In this document: positions 62,052 to 64,000 of the stretch, piece after piece | How the letters are laid out: every line of letters starts with the position of its first letter | Position numbering within the stretch: the first letter of the stretch is position 1 | Assembly: GCA_963827235.1 (NCBI GenBank) | Contig: CAWHAE010000010.1 | Span: 1,015,363-1,079,362 of the forward strand | DNA: 64,000 nt | Direction: 5' to 3' | DNA from: an uncultured bacterium | GTDB taxonomy: Bacteria > Chloroflexota > UBA5177 > JANWHV01 | Notes under the pieces: generated by a model | What the model was told of the DNA's origin: nothing | What the model saw: the letters and a program-made list of their open reading frames with translations, nothing else | Database searches by the model: none | Program-made: the position numbers and the translations under genes

Positions 62052-63251
62052 TTAAGAAGCTGAGTGGTGCCCCAGCGTCGGTACCAGCAGAAGGGCAAGC
62101 AGTGCGCTTGCAGCGCCGAAGAGCAGCATCTCGCGTACGTTCAGGAGGGCAAGAAAGAGACCACTAAGGGCGTACCCCACCCCGCTTGCGGCATAGAGTA
62201 TGCCGAAGGCCTCGGCCTGGCGCACCGCTGGCGCGTCGGCTTGAGCCGCTTGGCTCTGTACCGTGCCCAGGGGTGAGCAGCACAGGCCAAGCGTGACCAT
62301 GGCTCCCGCTGCCGTGGCCCAATGTGCCGAGAGCCCAAGCGCGACTGAACCTACGACTAAGCCCGCGAGCAAGATGATCGCCCGGCCGACGGCACCCAGC
62401 GCGAACCGATGTCCGACACTCGCGTAGACGAGACCACTGAGCGCACTGCTGATGCCCAGCACGGCAATGAGCTCCGCTGCCTCACGGGGGCCACCGCCAA
62501 GACGAATGGCCCGCGGTAAGGCGCCAATTTCAGCTGTGCCGATGGAATACCCAAGCGTCACGCCGACGACTATCCAAAAGGCAAAGCGACGGTTCCGCCA
62601 CAAGGCCTGCGGACCGAGTGCCACCGATGCGTCTACACTGGTCGTCGTCGCCGGCACCGGTCGCCGTTGTCCGCGGACAAGCGCTGAGGCAATCGCCGTC
62701 GCTGCCGCCATCGCGAAGATCGCCCCCGGTGGCGATGGGGCAGCGGTGAGCGCCACCAACAACGGGGCAGTCACCACGACCACTTCGACGGCGATTGCGT
62801 CGAGAGCGATCGCTGGTGCAACCAACGGCGGCGGGACGGTTTGGCTGAGCAGCGCACGCATTGCGCCCGGTGCGCCTGCCCCGAGTGCCGCAGCGAGGGC
62901 GACCAAGAGGAAGAGGACCGGCGCCGGTGCCCGGAGTGCGCAGGCAAGCGCGAGCCCACACCACACGACGACGGCAAGGGCCAGTACGCGTGGGAGCCCG
63001 ACCGCCGGTCCGACCCGGTCCAGCAGGTGGCCTCCCAGGGGGGCGCAGCAGACTTCAGAGAGAATATAGACCGTGACCATGAGGCTGCCCACGGCCTGTG
63101 ACCCAGATGCGTAGGTACCCACAAGGACGAACGCCAGAGGAACCATGAGGGGCGGCAGGCGCGTCACGAACGCGGACGCGGACCAGTGCCAATAGCCTCG
63201 ATGCGTCAGCAGAATCCGTACCGGTGTGGGAGGGGGCACGACTGAGGCCAT
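62052..63251 (-). CDS. MFS transporter
   Basis: About 12 TM helices; GHLLDRVG motif A; AAGGAG RBS. Confidence 0.88.
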   Translation of the reverse strand: MASVVPPPTPVRILLTHRGYWHWSASAFVTRLPPLMVPLAFVLVGTYASGSQAVGSLMVTVYILSEVCCAPLGGHLLDRVGPAVGLPRVLALAVVVWCGLALACALRAPAPVLFLLVALAAALGAGAPGAMRALLSQTVPPPLVAPAIALDAIAVEVVVVTAPLLVALTAAPSPPGAIFAMAAATAIASALVRGQRRPVPATTTSVDASVALGPQALWRNRRFAFWIVVGVTLGYSIGTAEIGALPRAIRLGGGPREAAELIAVLGISSALSGLVYASVGHRFALGAVGRAIILLAGLVVGSVALGLSAHWATAAGAMVTLGLCCSPLGTVQSQAAQADAPAVRQAEAFGILYAASGVGYALSGLFLALLNVREMLLFGAASALLALLLVPTLGHHSAS

Positions 63252-63429
63252 GCCCTTTCTCCTTATCCAACTGGCTGATCCAACTGGCTGACGCGTGGTC
63301 TGCGGCTCGGTGCCGTCAGTGCCATCCTACCAGAGCTTCTCGCACTGCTCCGTCGTTCAGCCCTAGCATGCGCCCCTTAGCGTAGGGTCCATTGGACGTG
63401 GGGACGGAAGGTAGACTGCCAGCGGCCAA

Positions 63430-63536
63430 GCGATGCTACCAGGGCCTGTCGGAGCAGCGTCCCACAGCAGAGTCAGGCGCGGGAACTCATCTTCCCAAAT
63501 TCGTCAACGGTGATGTGGCGAGGTCCACTCGTGGGC
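63430..63536 (-). repeat. 107-bp inverted repeat, right copy
   Basis: Reverse complement of 59377-59483. Confidence 0.9.
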
Positions 63537-63551
63537 GATCTTGCTGATGCT

Positions 63552-63938
63552 TCACTGCCCGAGCCTGCTCGCATCCTGAGCGAAGGCCACCCGCGGTGCC
63601 GCCGTCAGCGTGCATTGCGCGTTGGTGTAGCGTCCGGGGACATACAGCGACAAGCGGTCCCCAGCACGTACCATGGACGCCTTCAGGGAGTTTCCCTGCC
63701 GATCCTCCAGGGTCGAAGATGCGGTCAAGACGGCCGCCCGATCGTGCCCCAGGCGGGCGTCGTACACGGTCAGCCCGAATCCGGCAGGCGTCGGAGCAAT
63801 TTGCCTTACCGTGGCATCAATGGTGGCACAAAGAGTGTAGGCCAATCCACCGTCGGTGTGCATGGCGGAAGCGTGCGCGGGCACGAGCATGATGGCGGAG
63901 ATGAGGCTGACAGCGGCTACCGCGGTTTTTCGATACAT
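63552..63938 (-). CDS. Small secreted hypothetical protein
   Basis: Signal peptide ending AHA/ASA; AGGAG RBS. Confidence 0.7.
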   Translation of the reverse strand: MYRKTAVAAVSLISAIMLVPAHASAMHTDGGLAYTLCATIDATVRQIAPTPAGFGLTVYDARLGHDRAAVLTASSTLEDRQGNSLKASMVRAGDRLSLYVPGRYTNAQCTLTAAPRVAFAQDASRLGQ

Positions 63939-64000
63939 TGCTCGCTCCTAATCTGTTCTGGCTCTGTCAAGAAGGCTGGGCTCATCGGGTGGTGGCGCTC

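Noticed and set aside
63266-63291. 13-bp tandem duplication TCCAACTGGCTGA upstream of the MFS gene
   Set aside because: Only two copies; consistent with a slippage duplication and no further support for function

Overview
GC-rich bacterial DNA, probably Chloroflexota-like soil bacterium (inferred from gene families and a GAAC-N4-GTTC SOS box; not proven). The left part (1-15.7 kb) looks chromosomal: a RusA-like resolvase, hutI and ftcD (histidine utilisation), a TadE/TadE/giant Thr-Pro-rich TadG-like cluster, an Asp-box beta-propeller protein and an S53 sedolisin. At 15.7-19.3 kb is the most notable locus, all on the minus strand: a near-consensus sigma70 promoter with a perfect LexA box, a small Zn-finger gene pair, a ~23-bp-period iteron-like array, and two tandem replication-initiator-like genes, the second with its own 21-bp internal repeats, running directly into ftcD. 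A SigY-like ECF/anti-sigma/ABC operon follows. From about 23 kb on is a decayed accessory region. It holds a ~5-kb island between ~316-bp direct repeats with a non-canonical tRNA-like gene (ACT anticodon) beside a strongly base-paired ~330-nt segment, a 14-bp-period AT-rich array, a type-I-toxin-like peptide, and terminase and WYL fragments. Further right are an Mrr fragment, a GIY-YIG nuclease, a RelBE/ParDE-type TA pair, an XRE-TIR-nSTAND1-TM-WD40 NLR-like protein, an AfsR/BTAD-NB-ARC-TPR regulator with secreted Cys-rich propeller proteins, many gene fragments, and a DDE transposase plus MFS gene between 107-bp inverted repeats. No CRISPR array, rRNA or integrase was seen. All family calls come from motif recognition by eye, not from database searches.
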